Source: Candidatus Heimdallarchaeota archaeon
GTDB taxonomy: Archaea > Asgardarchaeota > Heimdallarchaeia > Heimdallarchaeales > Heimdallarchaeaceae
Direction of reading: 5' to 3'
DNA length: 32,000 nt
Assembly (NCBI GenBank): GCA_030668875.1
Contig: DAOVER010000009.1
Location: forward strand, 54,597-86,596
Positions within the stretch are counted from its first letter, which is position 1. Each line of letters starts with the position of its first letter. Positions 24,523 through 32,000 of the stretch are shown here, one piece after another. The position numbers were made by a program, and so were the translations under genes. The notes beneath the pieces were generated by a model. The model was given only the letters and a program-made list of their open reading frames with translations, ran no database searches and was not told the DNA's origin.

Positions 24523-25905
24523 ATGACTGATAATAGTTGTATTTCGAACATGAAAAGTCACTTTGATGTAATAATAGTAGGAGCGGGTCCAGCTGGTGTT
24601 AGTGCAGCAATATCATGTATTAACAACGAATTAAAGGTAGTTTTAGTGGATTCAAAGAAAAAGGAAAAAATAGGCGACAAAGTATGTGGAGAAGCTATCT
24701 CAAAAGAAACATCACATACAGCATCTGATTTATTAAAAGTGCAATACCCTCATGGAGAAGAAATAAACGCTAATGTAAAAGAATTGGTTCTTCAAACAGC
24801 GATAGATGAAGATCATATAGCTTTACCTGCAATTGGCTATATGGTAAACAGACACAAATATGGCCAAAGGCTACTACAAGACGCATTAGAGAGAGGAGTT
24901 AAATTACTTGACCAAACAAAAGTGATCAGAACTATAATAAAAGAGAAGAAAGTCACTGGAGTAGTAATTAAAACTTTAAACAAGGAGGAAGGAGAACTTT
25001 ATTCAAAACTGGTAATTGATTGCAGTGGAGTAAGGGGAGTTGTTAGAACAACAATAGATGAATCTCTTGAACCATTTCTATACACTAAATTAACAAAATC
25101 AGACTATGCTTCATGTTATAGAGAAATAATTGAATTAAACAAAGAGCATGATTTAGATGGAAAAATTATTCTCAAATATGAAAAAGACATCCCTGCACCA
25201 GGTTATATCTGGTTTTTTGCTGATGGGTGTAAAAGACTAAACTGTGGTACAGGGTTCATCAAAGAAGGTATAAATAAGGACAAAAGTGTAAAATCAGTCT
25301 ACTTCAATGCTATGGCAAAATACTATCATCCTGAAACATACACTGTTTTAGATGGTAGAGGGGGAAATGTTCCTATTCGTCCTCCATTATGGAGCGCCGT
25401 TGCACCAGGGTTATTAGTAGCTGGAGATGCAGCTTTTCATGCAGATCCTTTGACAGCAGAAGGTCATGGTCCTGCTTTATTAGCAGGATATTATGCTGGT
25501 CAAATTGCAAAGGAAGTAATTGATAGAAACGAATATTCTACACAAGCTCTGTGGGGATATAACAGACATATCTTCTCTAGTTTTGGTTCAGACAATGCCC
25601 GTAGCAGAATTTTGACTATAACATTGGAAAAACTAGGAGCAGATAATCTTGAATTTCTCCTCACGAGAAAGGTAATCAAGCAGGCAGATCTAACATCAGA
25701 AGGCATATTAAAGAAAAATTCACTTTTTAATCTTCTAATTCGAGCAATACGTTGTTTACCAAAAATAGGTTTGTTAGTTATAATTAAAAGAACAATTGAT
25801 GTAAGTAAAGCCGTTGCGGAATTGTTCGACGAATATCCAGAAACACCAGATAAATTCGGTGAATGGGTGGCAAAAATAGAAAACTTATATGCTAAATTAA
25901 ATTAA
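24523..25905 (+). CDS. Geranylgeranyl reductase family flavoprotein (digeranylgeranylglycerophospholipid reductase-like)
   Basis: FDVIIVGAGPAG, GDKVCGEAI, PGYIWFF, GGNVP, GDAA..ADPLTAEGHGPALLAG. Start may be Met10 (24550). Confidence 0.88.
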   Translation: MTDNSCISNMKSHFDVIIVGAGPAGVSAAISCINNELKVVLVDSKKKEKIGDKVCGEAISKETSHTASDLLKVQYPHGEEINANVKELVLQTAIDEDHIALPAIGYMVNRHKYGQRLLQDALERGVKLLDQTKVIRTIIKEKKVTGVVIKTLNKEEGELYSKLVIDCSGVRGVVRTTIDESLEPFLYTKLTKSDYASCYREIIELNKEHDLDGKIILKYEKDIPAPGYIWFFADGCKRLNCGTGFIKEGINKDKSVKSVYFNAMAKYYHPETYTVLDGRGGNVPIRPPLWSAVAPGLLVAGDAAFHADPLTAEGHGPALLAGYYAGQIAKEVIDRNEYSTQALWGYNRHIFSSFGSDNARSRILTITLEKLGADNLEFLLTRKVIKQADLTSEGILKKNSLFNLLIRAIRCLPKIGLLVIIKRTIDVSKAVAELFDEYPETPDKFGEWVAKIENLYAKLN

Positions 25906-25949
25906 CTTACATCATAATTCTTAAGTTAAATAAGAGGAGAAGCACGATA

Positions 25950-27587
25950 ATGAATCATATTGAAGAAAATGAAGAGTATACGTACAAACACTGGGCAACA
26001 GTGGTAAGTGAAGAAGCTGTGGAAAGATTTGGAAATGAACAAGTTGTTGCTACAGGTTGGGCACCTTCAGGATATTATCACGTAGGAAACTTCAAAGAAG
26101 CTGTAACTTGTAGAGCTATCCAAAAGGAACTAATCAACTTGGGAGCAGATTCCCGATACATACTTAACATAGATGACATAGACCCATTTGATAAAATACC
26201 TGCATTCTTCAAGAAAGATTATGGAAAATTGTTAGCACCATATTTGGGACATTCAATCAATGAAGTACCAGATCCTTTAGGGTGCCATAACTCCTACGCA
26301 GATCACTTCATTTCTGATGCTTTAGCCATAATGAATGATTTTGATGTTAATCCTGAACCAATCCATACATCTAAGTTGTATTTAGAAGGAAGATATGACA
26401 AGTACGCAAGACTATTTCTTGAGAAAAAGGAAGAAATGTACGAATTAACTGAGAAAATAACAGGATCACGTATGGAAGATTTCTTTCTTATTCAATGTCC
26501 TGAATGTAATAATCTAGCGGCTCCAAAAATAGTCAATTATGAGATTATTAATAATAAAATAAAAGTCGACTTGTTGTGTCAAAGAGAGAAACGTGGATGC
26601 GGACAAAAAACTTCTCTAATTTTAGGGGATACACTGTGGAAGATTAAATGGAGACTGGATTGGGCAGCTAGACAAGATTTCCTAGGAGTAACAGTAGAAT
26701 CTTCAGGAAAAGACCATGGCGTAGCAGGTGGGTCAATTGATTCTTCTTTAGCCATCCATAGAGACATATTTGGCAAGAAAAAATTGCCACTACTAATTCA
26801 ACATGGTTTTCTAACCTTCGGGGGTAAAAAGCTATCTGGAAGCAGTGGGAGCGGTATGCCAGTATCTGAATTTCCTAAGATTTTAGAACCACACACTTTC
26901 CTTTACAAAATCTATAGACACAATCTCAGAACAGATTTTGATTTTAAAGCAGATTATGATATTCCAAGTGTAGCAAGTGAATATGATAGAGCTGAAGAAC
27001 TATTTTATGACGAAGGAGAAATTGAGCACCTAAAAACAAGAGAAAAAACAGTTAAGGCTTATGAATTAGCTCAGATAGATGAAAAACCTACTAAAAAACC
27101 AGTAAGGGTTGATTATGGACACTTAGTTACAGTAATGCAGGTTTGTATGTTTGACAAGGAACAAGTAATTCAGAAATTAATTAAAGGAAATATATTACCA
27201 AAAGATATTTCGAATTATGATATGGATTTATTCAATAAAAGATATGAGAAATCGAAATATTGGATTAAAAATATTGCAAATGAAAATCTAAAGTTCAAAA
27301 TAGTTGATGAACCTAGATGTGAAGATGTTAAAACAATCGAGAAAAAGGTTTTGGAATATCTACTCAGTGCTATCAAAGAGATACCAGAAGGAGAACAGGG
27401 AGACGAAATTACTCAAGACCTTTATAACTCTGCGAAAGCAGTTGACCTTAAACCAACTCTATTCTTCAGAGTAATATACAAAATTATTTTAGGTAGAAAA
27501 TCAGGTCCAAGAGCTGGAACACTAATAGATGCCTTAGGAAAAGATGAAGTAATAAGGATTTTAGGAAAAGCCCTAGATTGTTATTAA
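25950..27587 (+). CDS. lysS: Lysyl-tRNA synthetase, class I
   Basis: HIGH-like PSGYYHVGN, DDIDPFDK, PDPLGCH, Zn-knuckle CPEC, KWRLDWAARQ, GKDH, KMSKS-like KLSGS, and C-terminal SGPRAG. GAGGA RBS upstream. Confidence 0.96.
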   Translation: MNHIEENEEYTYKHWATVVSEEAVERFGNEQVVATGWAPSGYYHVGNFKEAVTCRAIQKELINLGADSRYILNIDDIDPFDKIPAFFKKDYGKLLAPYLGHSINEVPDPLGCHNSYADHFISDALAIMNDFDVNPEPIHTSKLYLEGRYDKYARLFLEKKEEMYELTEKITGSRMEDFFLIQCPECNNLAAPKIVNYEIINNKIKVDLLCQREKRGCGQKTSLILGDTLWKIKWRLDWAARQDFLGVTVESSGKDHGVAGGSIDSSLAIHRDIFGKKKLPLLIQHGFLTFGGKKLSGSSGSGMPVSEFPKILEPHTFLYKIYRHNLRTDFDFKADYDIPSVASEYDRAEELFYDEGEIEHLKTREKTVKAYELAQIDEKPTKKPVRVDYGHLVTVMQVCMFDKEQVIQKLIKGNILPKDISNYDMDLFNKRYEKSKYWIKNIANENLKFKIVDEPRCEDVKTIEKKVLEYLLSAIKEIPEGEQGDEITQDLYNSAKAVDLKPTLFFRVIYKIILGRKSGPRAGTLIDALGKDEVIRILGKALDCY

Positions 27588-27633
27588 TACTGTAGCATGT
27601 TGGAAAAAAAAAAGGGAATATGAAAAAGTCTTC

Positions 27634-27957
27634 CTATTCTCTTGATTCTTCCTTTGTTTGAGGTTTTACAAAGTAAGGAGCATATTCAGGATCTTTTTTC
27701 AACAATTCCAACATATTTACACCTAATTCGGTTAGTGACCAACCCCTTTCCTCTTGTTTGATTAGTCCTATTTGATCGAGAGACGTGGAATGTTTTCCAG
27801 TCTTTACATGAGAGCGTATGGTGTCCAAACCTATTCTTAGTTTCTTTGATAGTTTTTTGTATCCAGCTGCTCCCATAGATAGTTCGATGAGGATAAGGCG
27901 TTTAGTTCTACCCAACCGCTCCACTAGTTCTTCAAGATTGTCTGTGGCATCTATCAC
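27634..27957 (-). CDS. Winged helix-turn-helix transcription regulator (ArsR/TrmB-like)
   Basis: KRLILIEL..G..GYKKLSKKLRIGLDTIRSHV...L.QIGLI.....WSLTELG is a wHTH pattern. GGTGG RBS-like sequence upstream. Confidence 0.8.
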   Translation of the reverse strand: MIDATDNLEELVERLGRTKRLILIELSMGAAGYKKLSKKLRIGLDTIRSHVKTGKHSTSLDQIGLIKQEERGWSLTELGVNMLELLKKDPEYAPYFVKPQTKEESRE

Positions 27958-27980
27958 TCATACCACCGGATTCGGTAAAA

Positions 27981-27999
27981 TGCTAATAAATTATTAGTA
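27981..27999. promoter_or_regulatory. Palindromic operator candidate in the divergent wHTH/DENN promoter region
   Basis: tgCTAATAA-a-TTATTAGta: perfect 7 bp arms (27983-27989 and 27991-27997), about 25 nt upstream of the wHTH start. Confidence 0.45.
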
Positions 28000-28113
28000 T
28001 AAAAATTAACCGCAATTTTCTATAAGCATTCTGATGATTTTATTATCCATTTGCGAGTAACGTCGTTTCCCTCAACAATACATTTAATAGAAACCGCAAA
28101 ATTATGTTTTCAA

Positions 28114-29214
28114 ATGGTTCACAAAGTATGTTTTAGTGTGTTTGATGACACTGTAGGAACCAGAGCAGTACACTATGAGAATCTAACCGAAGAAGAGGCT
28201 CAAAAAGTTTCTATTCGAATGCTTATGGGTGCAGCTGCTACAGATTTCCTAAGGGAATCAAGTGCCGTTATGCCTTTACATGATGTAGGTGGAGTTGCTT
28301 ATTCGTTTTTCTTTGGTGTTCCATGTAAAAGTAAACGCTCTCCTATTACTATGGCTTGTTTAACTTATATCATTCCAGAAGATTTACAATCACAACTTTA
28401 TACAAAAGTTCCGGTTTTTAATTATAACAGTTCAAATGTTTCTAAACAGATAACTGGTTTGCTACTTTATGAGCCAGGTTACGTGATGGACGATTCCCTA
28501 AGAGCAAGAATCACAAAATGGGGTGAAAACATCAGAACCATTCTAGAGTCAAAGCAAGATGATGCATCTGGTGTTCAGACAGTTGAAATTGATAGAACAA
28601 CCGCTTCACCTTACTTCTTCATGCGATTAGTGAACAAAGGGCAAGATAGAGTGGTTCATTCTCTTGTTAACGGAAAACCTATAGTTGTTATCTGTTCCAA
28701 AGAAATGGTCAAACCATTTTTAGCTTCTTTACAATCGTTTCAACCAAGGAGAGAACTTCTAGTATCCTTGTTCCCAGTCAATTATGTACCTCCTGATCAA
28801 TTCGATGTTCTATTCGCCACCCCTGATTTAATTTCAAATTATCCAAATAGTGTAATATGTGACTTAACTGTTGGCAAAGCTAAAGGAGGAGAAGAAAGTG
28901 GGTTTAGCAAGGAAATCCTCAGGAAATTGCAAGAAGATGTTGAAGCAAGTGGACATAATCATAAGAAGATCATTGGTTCATCTATACTCAAATTAGAAGG
29001 AGAAGTTATTAAAATCATAAGATATTCTGGGACAAGTATTATCTCTCAGTATTATGCTCTGACTACAAATCCAAAACAACAGTTTTCTTCGTTAGAAGAA
29101 AACGAAATTGATATGGCTTTCCAAATTGCCTATACAAGGTATCCTGAATATGCTTCTAACATAGATAAACTATACCAAGAAGTCACTGGAAATAAAAGAA
29201 GGTTTAGAATTTAA
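28114..29214 (+). CDS. DENN-domain-like protein (uDENN/longin + cDENN + helical dDENN)
   Basis: FSVFDDTVGTRAVHY matches the FD...GP start of uDENN. AYSFFFGVPCKSKRS..MACLTYI matches the y.F.i.d...RG...si..l pattern. VVHSLVNGKPIVVICS....FLASLQSFQP and VICDLTVGK..GG are cDENN-like. Start moved from TTG 28051 to the in-frame ATG 28114. Confidence 0.7.
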   Translation: MVHKVCFSVFDDTVGTRAVHYENLTEEEAQKVSIRMLMGAAATDFLRESSAVMPLHDVGGVAYSFFFGVPCKSKRSPITMACLTYIIPEDLQSQLYTKVPVFNYNSSNVSKQITGLLLYEPGYVMDDSLRARITKWGENIRTILESKQDDASGVQTVEIDRTTASPYFFMRLVNKGQDRVVHSLVNGKPIVVICSKEMVKPFLASLQSFQPRRELLVSLFPVNYVPPDQFDVLFATPDLISNYPNSVICDLTVGKAKGGEESGFSKEILRKLQEDVEASGHNHKKIIGSSILKLEGEVIKIIRYSGTSIISQYYALTTNPKQQFSSLEENEIDMAFQIAYTRYPEYASNIDKLYQEVTGNKRRFRI

Positions 29215-29221
29215 TTATAAT

Positions 29222-29245
29222 AAAAAGCTAAATATGAGCTTTTTT
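29222..29245 (+). terminator. Hairpin plus T-tract after the DENN-like gene
   Basis: AAAAAGCT-aaatatg-AGCTTTTT is an 8 bp inverted repeat, followed by further T-rich sequence. Confidence 0.45.
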
Positions 29246-29331
29246 ATTCTTTCAATTTTTTTCTATTCTCTATAAGGTTCTTTGATTCATTCACACACTA
29301 CTTTTTTATGCTAAAATGAGATTCATTAGTA

Positions 29332-30102
29332 ATGAGTATTGATTCCATTACAGATAGTTTATTAGAACTGGAACCAAAAATTGTTGCTATTGTAGGAGCA
29401 GGAATATCCAAAGCTTCGGGAATGCCTACTTTCAGAGGGGAGGATGGTCTTTGGAATCAATATCACGCTCAAGATTTAGCTACACCCCATGCATTTAACA
29501 ACAATCCAAATCTAGTATGGGAGTGGTATAGAGCTCGTATGAGAATCTTATTGGAAGCGAAACCAAATCCAGCACACGAAGCTTTAACGAAACTGGAAGA
29601 AGCAGGACTATTAACAGGTGTTATTACACAAAATGTAGACGGGCTACACGAAATAGCGAACACCAAGAAAATAGTGGAAGTGCACGGTAGAATAAGGTAT
29701 GCTCGATGTCAAGTTTGTGATTATATTCAAAGATGGGACAACAAAGAGTTTGCAGGGCAGAAGGACATCATCCCTAAATGTCCAAAGTGTAAAGAAAACT
29801 TACTTCGACCTGATGTAGTCTGGTTTGGAGAACCTTTAGATCAAATCAAATGGCAAGAAGCTATGCAATGGATTGGTCAAACTAATACTATGCTTATTAT
29901 AGGTACATCTGGAGTTGTTCATCCAGTCGCATCATTGCCCTTTTTTGCAAAGAAGAATGGGGCAGTTCTTCTTGAATTCAATATTGAAAAAACGCCCCTT
30001 ACAACTATTTCAGATCACTCTTTCTTTGGACCTTGTGAAACGATTTTACCGGAGTTCTCTGATGTATTAATCAAGAAATATATTAGTAGGCAAAAAAAAT
30101 GA
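29332..30102 (+). CDS. cobB: NAD-dependent protein deacylase, class III sirtuin
   Basis: GAGISKASGMPTFRG, TQNVDGLH, EVHG, Zn site CQVC/CPKC, RPDVVWFGE, GTSGVVHP. The WEWYRAR (YxxR) motif is typical of desuccinylase-capable class III enzymes. Confidence 0.95.
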   Translation: MSIDSITDSLLELEPKIVAIVGAGISKASGMPTFRGEDGLWNQYHAQDLATPHAFNNNPNLVWEWYRARMRILLEAKPNPAHEALTKLEEAGLLTGVITQNVDGLHEIANTKKIVEVHGRIRYARCQVCDYIQRWDNKEFAGQKDIIPKCPKCKENLLRPDVVWFGEPLDQIKWQEAMQWIGQTNTMLIIGTSGVVHPVASLPFFAKKNGAVLLEFNIEKTPLTTISDHSFFGPCETILPEFSDVLIKKYISRQKK

Positions 30103-30386
30103 CCGATAGTTCGATAAAAAGAGTAGAAATTATTGTTACAGGTATAGTTCAAGGAGTCTTTTTCAGAGCATCTACAAGAGATTATGCTATTAAACTAAAT
30201 GTGGTGGGTACAGTAAGAAATCTTAGAGATGGAACTGTAGAAATCATAGCTGAAGGTAAGGAAGAGAAACTATTAAGTCTCATAGGTTATGCAAAGAGAG
30301 GTCCTTCTTCAGCAAAGGTTTACAGTATTAATGTTAAATGGAAAGAATCAGAAGGAAAATTGAATGGGTTCAAGTTAATATATTAG
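30099..30386 (+). CDS. acyP: Acylphosphatase
   Basis: VTGIVQGVFFRASTR, GTVRNLRDGTVEI and GPSSAKV. ATGA overlap with cobB. Confidence 0.96.
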   Translation: MTDSSIKRVEIIVTGIVQGVFFRASTRDYAIKLNVVGTVRNLRDGTVEIIAEGKEEKLLSLIGYAKRGPSSAKVYSINVKWKESEGKLNGFKLIY

Positions 30387-30438
30387 TTCGAACCCAATAT
30401 TCAAAAAGCAAATAGTAAAAAATAATGAGACAAAAAAA

Positions 30439-31086
30439 ATGACAGTCGATATTGAACGTAGAATCAGAGAGAAAATTATCAAACTAGGTTTAAAGGACAC
30501 AGAACTGGTCCATTTTGGATCAATAGCAAAGTTACCTACAAAACACGGTGAATTTGACATTATTGGTTTTCTAAGTTTAAGAGACATGAAGGAACACACC
30601 ATTATCATAAAAGGAAATCCCATAGGAAAAGAAAATGTTCCTCTGCGAATTCACTCTGAATGCCTGACGGGTGATGCTTTCACATCCTTGAGATGTGATT
30701 GCAGGGAACAATTAGAATTTGCTATGGATTATATTGTAAAAGAAGAATATGGTATTCTTTTATATTTAAGACAAGAAGGAAGAGGGATTGGATTATTTAA
30801 CAAATTGAAGACTTACACATTACAAGAAATGGGATACGACACTAATGAAGCTAATGAATTACTAGGGTTCAATAAGGACGAGAGGTTCTATCTAGTAGCT
30901 ATTGATGCATTAAAAGCATTAAAAATCCAATCTGTTAAATTGATGACAAATAACCCAAGAAAAGTTGCTGGACTATGTGATGCAGGGACTGATGTTACAG
31001 ATAGAATACAAATCGCAATCAAGCCGAATGTTTACAATTTAAGATATTTAAATACAAAATCAGATGACGGGCATCTGATGGGATAA
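30439..31086 (+). CDS. ribA: GTP cyclohydrolase II
   Basis: RIHSECLTGDAFTSLRCDC (Zn ligands), YLRQEGRGIGL.NK, DERFY, LMTNNPRK and C-terminal YL.TK..GHL. Confidence 0.95.
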   Translation: MTVDIERRIREKIIKLGLKDTELVHFGSIAKLPTKHGEFDIIGFLSLRDMKEHTIIIKGNPIGKENVPLRIHSECLTGDAFTSLRCDCREQLEFAMDYIVKEEYGILLYLRQEGRGIGLFNKLKTYTLQEMGYDTNEANELLGFNKDERFYLVAIDALKALKIQSVKLMTNNPRKVAGLCDAGTDVTDRIQIAIKPNVYNLRYLNTKSDDGHLMG

Positions 31087-31122
31087 GGAGATTTATTTTG
31101 TCAAGACGAAAGTGAAGAAAGA

Positions 31123-31147
31123 ACTGAGGAATAGCCTCATTCCCAGT
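31123..31147. terminator. Hairpin between the convergent ribA and CxxCxxCC genes
   Basis: actg-a-ggaat-agcctc-attcc-cagt: about 9 bp stem with one bulge, followed by a T-rich run on the + strand. Confidence 0.3.
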
Positions 31148-31152
31148 AATTT

Positions 31153-31998
31153 TTATTCTTCGATGTCTTCTAAATCTTCAAAATCAACTGCATCTTTTTC
31201 AGCTTCATCAACTTTTTCAGCTTCATCAACTTTTTCAGCTTCATCAACTTTTTCAGCTTCATCAACTTTTTCAGCTTCATCAACTTTTTCAGCTTCATCA
31301 ACTTTTTCAGCTTCAGATTCTTTCATCAATTCATCTAGTTTTTTTCTATCTTCCTCAGACATGGCTTCCATTGCCTCTTGATTTCTTTTAATCATATTTC
31401 CAAGAATTAGAGAATAAATTAATGGAAGTATAGAACTGGTAGATGTAAGAGCTGAAAAATTGTCTTGTGCTTTCATTCTTGCTTCTGCTAAAGATTCTTT
31501 TGACATATTACCGGAACCTAATCCAGGTGATTCTGTGTCAACAAGATAGTATTTCTCACCATTGTAAGCCAAAGGATAAGCAGCACAATGTAAAGGCATT
31601 GAACTGTATAAATTGCAGATTTTATTCTCAAAATCATATAATGGACAACCAGAAGGATTGGGATCTTCACCTTCAACAGGTGCTTTCTTAAGAAACATTC
31701 GTACATATAAGGGGGGAGTTTCTTCCAATTTAATAAATGGTAGAACATATTTGATAGAGCCATCTTTAATCCATCGTTGGAGATCCTCTAGATAAAGGGG
31801 AATTTCAGACCATTTCTCACAGCATTTTCCACATTTAGTGCAATTGTGTATGTACTTTTGTGTTTTTTTTACTGGTTTTTCTTCAACAACTTCTTCTGAA
31901 GGTTTTTCTTCAACAACTTCTTCTGAAGGTTTTTCTTCAACAACTTCTTCTGAAGGTTTTTCTTCAACAACTTCTTCTGAAGGTTTTTCTTCAACAAC
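31153..31998 (-). CDS. YkgJ-family CxxCxxCC cysteine-cluster protein, 5'-partial, with acidic tandem repeats at both ends
   Basis: The frame stays open beyond the track start (31728 is an internal TTG) to the window edge: (VVEEKPSEE)n-VVEEKPVKKTQKYIHNCTKCGKCCEKWSEIPLYLEDLQRW...GCPLYDFENKICNLYSSMPLHCAAYP...(EAEKVD)6. Confidence 0.85.
   Translation of the reverse strand, partial: VVEEKPSEEVVEEKPSEEVVEEKPSEEVVEEKPSEEVVEEKPVKKTQKYIHNCTKCGKCCEKWSEIPLYLEDLQRWIKDGSIKYVLPFIKLEETPPLYVRMFLKKAPVEGEDPNPSGCPLYDFENKICNLYSSMPLHCAAYPLAYNGEKYYLVDTESPGLGSGNMSKESLAEARMKAQDNFSALTSTSSILPLIYSLILGNMIKRNQEAMEAMSEEDRKKLDELMKESEAEKVDEAEKVDEAEKVDEAEKVDEAEKVDEAEKVDEAEKDAVDFEDLEDIEE
31194..31315. repeat. Perfect 18 bp tandem repeat, about 6.8 copies (encodes EAEKVD on the - strand)
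   Basis: The unit ctttttcagcttcatcaa is repeated identically six times, plus a 14 bp partial copy. Confidence 0.97.
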
Positions 31999-32000
31999 TT
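31874..32000. repeat. Perfect 27 bp tandem repeat, at least 4.7 copies, truncated by the window edge (encodes EVVEEKPSE on the - strand)
   Basis: The unit ggtttttcttcaacaacttcttctgaa is repeated identically four times, plus 19 bp to the window end. Confidence 0.97.

Noticed and set aside
26821-26853. LysRS KMSKS variant KKLSGSSG as a sign of inactivation
   Set aside because: Class I LysRS KMSKS loops vary (SGS/SSS forms) and all other motifs are intact; it cannot be judged without an alignment.
28030-28085. Second box C/D sRNA candidate (TGATGA at 28032; TTTCCCTC complementary to GAGGGAAA of 23S)
   Set aside because: No CUGA D box or credible D'/C' boxes at the right spacing; the short complementarity could be chance.
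620-30623. Short track ORFs nested in or antisense to well-supported genes (e.g. 620..829, 1947..2255, 2903..3175, 3220..3408, 5147..5365, 7987..8238, 8287..8469, 8640..8828, 10207..10392, 13805..13987, 13932..14207, 15107..15349, 17061..17333, 17465..17647, 20178..20378, 20234..20455, 25500..25706, 26579..26776, 29469..29666, 30375..30623)
   Set aside because: They fully or largely overlap genes with clear motifs and have no recognisable motifs of their own.
31111-31127. GTGAAGA-aagaa-CTGA as a K-loop or C/D fragment
   Set aside because: Only 5 nt separate the boxes, so there is no guide and no partner boxes; better explained as part of the intergenic hairpin region.
31112-31795. ORFs 31112..31381 (+, SASSTF repeats), 31467..31691 (+), 31518..31763 (-) and 31613..31795 (+)
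   Set aside because: Antisense or alternate-frame shadows of the CxxCxxCC gene; low-complexity repeats lack stop codons.
31194-32000. The 18 bp and 27 bp repeats as a CRISPR array
   Set aside because: The units are head-to-tail with no spacers, are multiples of 3, lie in frame in a CDS, and no cas genes are present.

Overview
AT-rich, gene-dense 32 kb window from an archaeon, most likely an Asgard archaeon. This is inferred from a class I LysRS, a GGR-type lipid reductase, a class III-signal pilin and a SEC11-type signal peptidase, together with eukaryote-signature longin and DENN-like proteins. Housekeeping genes: sucC (partial), sucD, GDPD, ahcY, GGR, lysS, cobB, acyP, ribA. No transposon, integrase, CRISPR array, rRNA or tRNA was recognised. 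Highlights: (1) an unannotated double-guide box C/D sRNA at about 20854-20937 (-). By the D+5 rule it targets the LSU rRNA positions equivalent to E. coli U2552 (A-loop) and A2577 (yeast Um2921 and Am2946), and its 3' tail is complementary to the rRNA strand between the two sites. (2) An 11.5 kb convergent cell-surface locus: two FtsX/MacB-type permeases, one with a ~1000 aa Ig-like ectodomain, facing a coupled operon of two cellulose-synthase-like GT2 enzymes and a GT-C transferase. (3) A longin domain fused to about 7 TM helices and a full-length DENN-like protein. (4) A CxxCxxCC protein flanked by two perfect coding tandem repeats. All assignments come from motif reading by eye; no database searches were run, and rRNA target sequences are recalled consensus, not this organism's own rRNA.
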